A DNA stretch of 64,000 bases from Marsupella aquatica (taxonomy: Eukaryota; Plantae; Marchantiophyta): positions 27,290,210 to 27,354,209 of the forward strand of contig OZ316893.1 in assembly GCA_973895155.1 (NCBI GenBank), read 5' to 3'. Positions 61,801-64,000 of this stretch are shown here, piece by piece. The number at the start of each line of letters is the position of its first letter. The first letter of the stretch is position 1. The translations under genes were made by a program, and so were the position numbers. The notes under the pieces were generated by a model. It was not told the DNA's origin, ran no database searches, and saw only the letters and a program-made list of their open reading frames with translations.

Positions 61801-64000
61801 CATAGGGTTCCACAGGGACGTCATCTGCACTTGATGAAGGGCGTGGTGCAAGACCAACGTTATCATCAACATCGTAGGGTTCTATGCTTTCACTTTGACC
61901 TACACGGTCATCCAAATTCTTTGCATACGCCACCTCTGATGCCCCATCATCTTTGATTGACTTAGCGCCCACTTCTTCAGAATTATCAACTGATTCATGT
62001 TCGGCACAAACATCCGCAATAGTGGGTTTCCAATGCCTAGAACTCCCACCACGAGGATCCCAATTTTCCTTGATTGAGGAGACCCTCTCACAAAGGAATG
62101 AAGCATACGCTTCCACAAAGTGTCTCTCATCTTGAGAGTCACAATAAACAAAGCATTTGCGTTGCACCAAGAATGTTGTCTTCATCACTTGACCACCCGA
62201 GAAAAATCAAGAATCAAGTCTCCAGCTTCTGACAAGGATTCAATAATCCTCTGTATCATCCGCGTGGGTTTGGCATGTGGATTCACCCAACCACCACGAG
62301 CACCAACTATCTCAAATCGAGGGGCCATGTGCAAAACCTTGGTTGCCTCTTCTGGGGTCAGCATCATTTTTAGATCTTCGGGTTTTGACACGTCGTCTGT
62401 GTCAACCTTCGCCTTCCCAGTGTCAATCTTGGTGACCTCAAAATCAGTATCTTTTGAACCAAAAAAGAATTTTGGCTTTGGGTGATTGGGTTTGAAAACA
62501 TCATTCCAATTGACATTTTTATCTCGAGAAATTCCTGCAAATATAACTTCTTCAATTCCGCCTCCCCAACACGAATCAAGCGGGTGCGGTTGATCCTCTC
62601 GAGAATAACTCCCATACTCAATGTGAATGGTGAGAGATTTCTCTTGTCCCAATTTTCTAAGTGAGCTTAGGACATTCATTGCAAGAGGCCCCGGATGAAC
62701 AGTTATGGCTACAACGATTGTAAGATTTCATGGTAGCTCCACAATGTATTGCAGAAAGACCAAAACTTCTGCTTCTGTCCACAGCTTCTGGTGATCTCGA
62801 CTGAAGTCAACAATGGCAAGTGAGCACGTTGGAGATGATTCTTCTATTGCTGGTGGATCAACTGTTTTCATTAGATTGTCACTAAAGAATGTGACCCACG
62901 GTTGGCTCCGAGAATGTGTCCCTCCGCCAAACTTCTGGCAATAAATGTCATCAAGGTGCATCACCAGAGCTATTGGCAAGATTGCACTCTTCCTGGTATG
63001 ATTTGGCTTCAACAGATTTGACAAAAAAACTTCACCAGCCGCTCTTCTGCATCTACTGAATTCTGCATCAACACTCAACAATGGCAGAACCTCTACTACT
63101 TTCTTCCAGTCGGTATCCGACGGGAAATTCCGTGGATCCTTGCCGAAGTAGTACTCTTCAATGAGAGACTTGAGCTTCCTCACTTTTTTCACATCCTTCG
63201 CAAGCTCCTCTATTGAGGGTATGTCAGATTTATTTGTGGCATCTTTCTTCAGCAATGCCTTTCTTGACTTCACTTGTGTCAGGATTTTTGTGATGTCTTT
63301 CTGTGAGATCAACTCACCATCAAAGGGACGAAACATGGCAACGGTAATTGCTTTTTTGGACTTGTTATTTCCTTCCACCCCAGCTCCATCAGGAAGTTTC
63401 CCATGCAACCACATCTCACAGACTAACCGCCACAACTCAAAAAGATGGTTGTCCGCAAAAAGTAGCCAGTATACATTTCGCAAGTCCTTCCTACCCATAG
63501 TCATTCTTGCCAGAGCCAACCAATCCTACAATCCAAAAGGAAAGCTAGTCAGTTATCCCCAACTCAAGGGTTGGAAAAAAAGGATTCTAAGTGCAAAAAT
63601 AGTTTTGGATTCCGATGGTCTCAATCAAAAACAAAACTCGTACTAAACATTCCAAAAGTTCCAATACTCTTTGACAAATCGTGTCGGACTGAGACCATCC
63701 GAATCCAATATAAAATTACTCTCTATGGTAGAGAAATGCACACAAAGTAATCACATTTCTTACCTGAAATTTTTGGTTGTCTTGAGCATTTGTTTTGTTG
63801 TCGCCATGTTTTGGTTTGTTTGGATTTCCACATTCAACAAACTGCCGCCTCGCATGGACAACTGTATCTTTAAAGCAAGACTGAAACACCATCGTGCTAT
63901 TGATGGCGTTCGATCTCATGGAGTGCTCAACAAGAATTGAAGACGGTGTGCGATCAGACAATATTCTGGATTTCCTAAATTCTAACTTCTTGGCCAACTG
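58879..64000 (-). pseudogene. Decayed multidomain gene: unknown N-terminus, degenerate N4/N6 DNA-methyltransferase-like domain, acidic linker, FCP1/NIF (HAD) phosphatase-like domain; runs off the window
   Basis: The ORFs join through in-frame stops (62728, 61157, ~61142), one frameshift in a T-run (DLILDF[F]SGGQVMK, ~62203) and a phase-1 intron (~61034-59916). NIF motifs LLILDLN, ERPGLHEFL, VAIWT, LLKDF and TLLVDDSP. MTase-like motif NPHAKP...IIESLSEAGDLILDFFSGG. Confidence 0.7.
60018..61017. mobile_element. 1000-bp non-autonomous TIR element (MITE) with an 8-bp TSD, related to the P-like element ends
   Basis: TIR CCCTGGGCCCTCAnnnTTACTA at both ends. Perfect TSD CAAAGAAA at 60010-60017 and 61018-61025. 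Confidence 0.92.

Overview
Eukaryotic, intron-containing land-plant DNA; a bryophyte or other non-seed plant is plausible but is only my inference. The first ~14 kb holds two intact host genes: a 3-exon LysM-domain protein and a 2-exon 2-oxoglutarate/Fe(II) dioxygenase. The remaining ~50 kb is a nested transposon cluster. (i) A P-element-like DNA transposon (14935-33987, termini CCCnGGGnCCTCA) has a decayed transposase and an EDM2/NSD-type PHD cassette. (ii) CACTA-1 (21827-31716, TSD AAT) is inserted in it. (iii) A left-truncated CACTA-2 (ending 42916) carries a young non-autonomous LTR retrotransposon (35913-42035, TSD GACGA). (iv) CACTA-3 has CACAA termini (45358-56410, TSD TAT). (v) A decayed gene joins a DNA amino-methyltransferase-like domain to an FCP1/NIF phosphatase-like domain, with a 1-kb P-like MITE (8-bp TSD) in its intron. 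Main candidate system: both complete, divergent CACTA elements place an open SET-domain exon inside the first coding intron of the transposase. The shared first exon can splice in phase 0 to either the SET exon or the transposase. Each family also concentrates its own CpG-containing motif in its ends and, for CACTA-1 and CACTA-3, in promoters and introns. This suggests a transposon-encoded chromatin-modifying or anti-silencing module. All domain calls come from motif recognition by eye; no database search was run.
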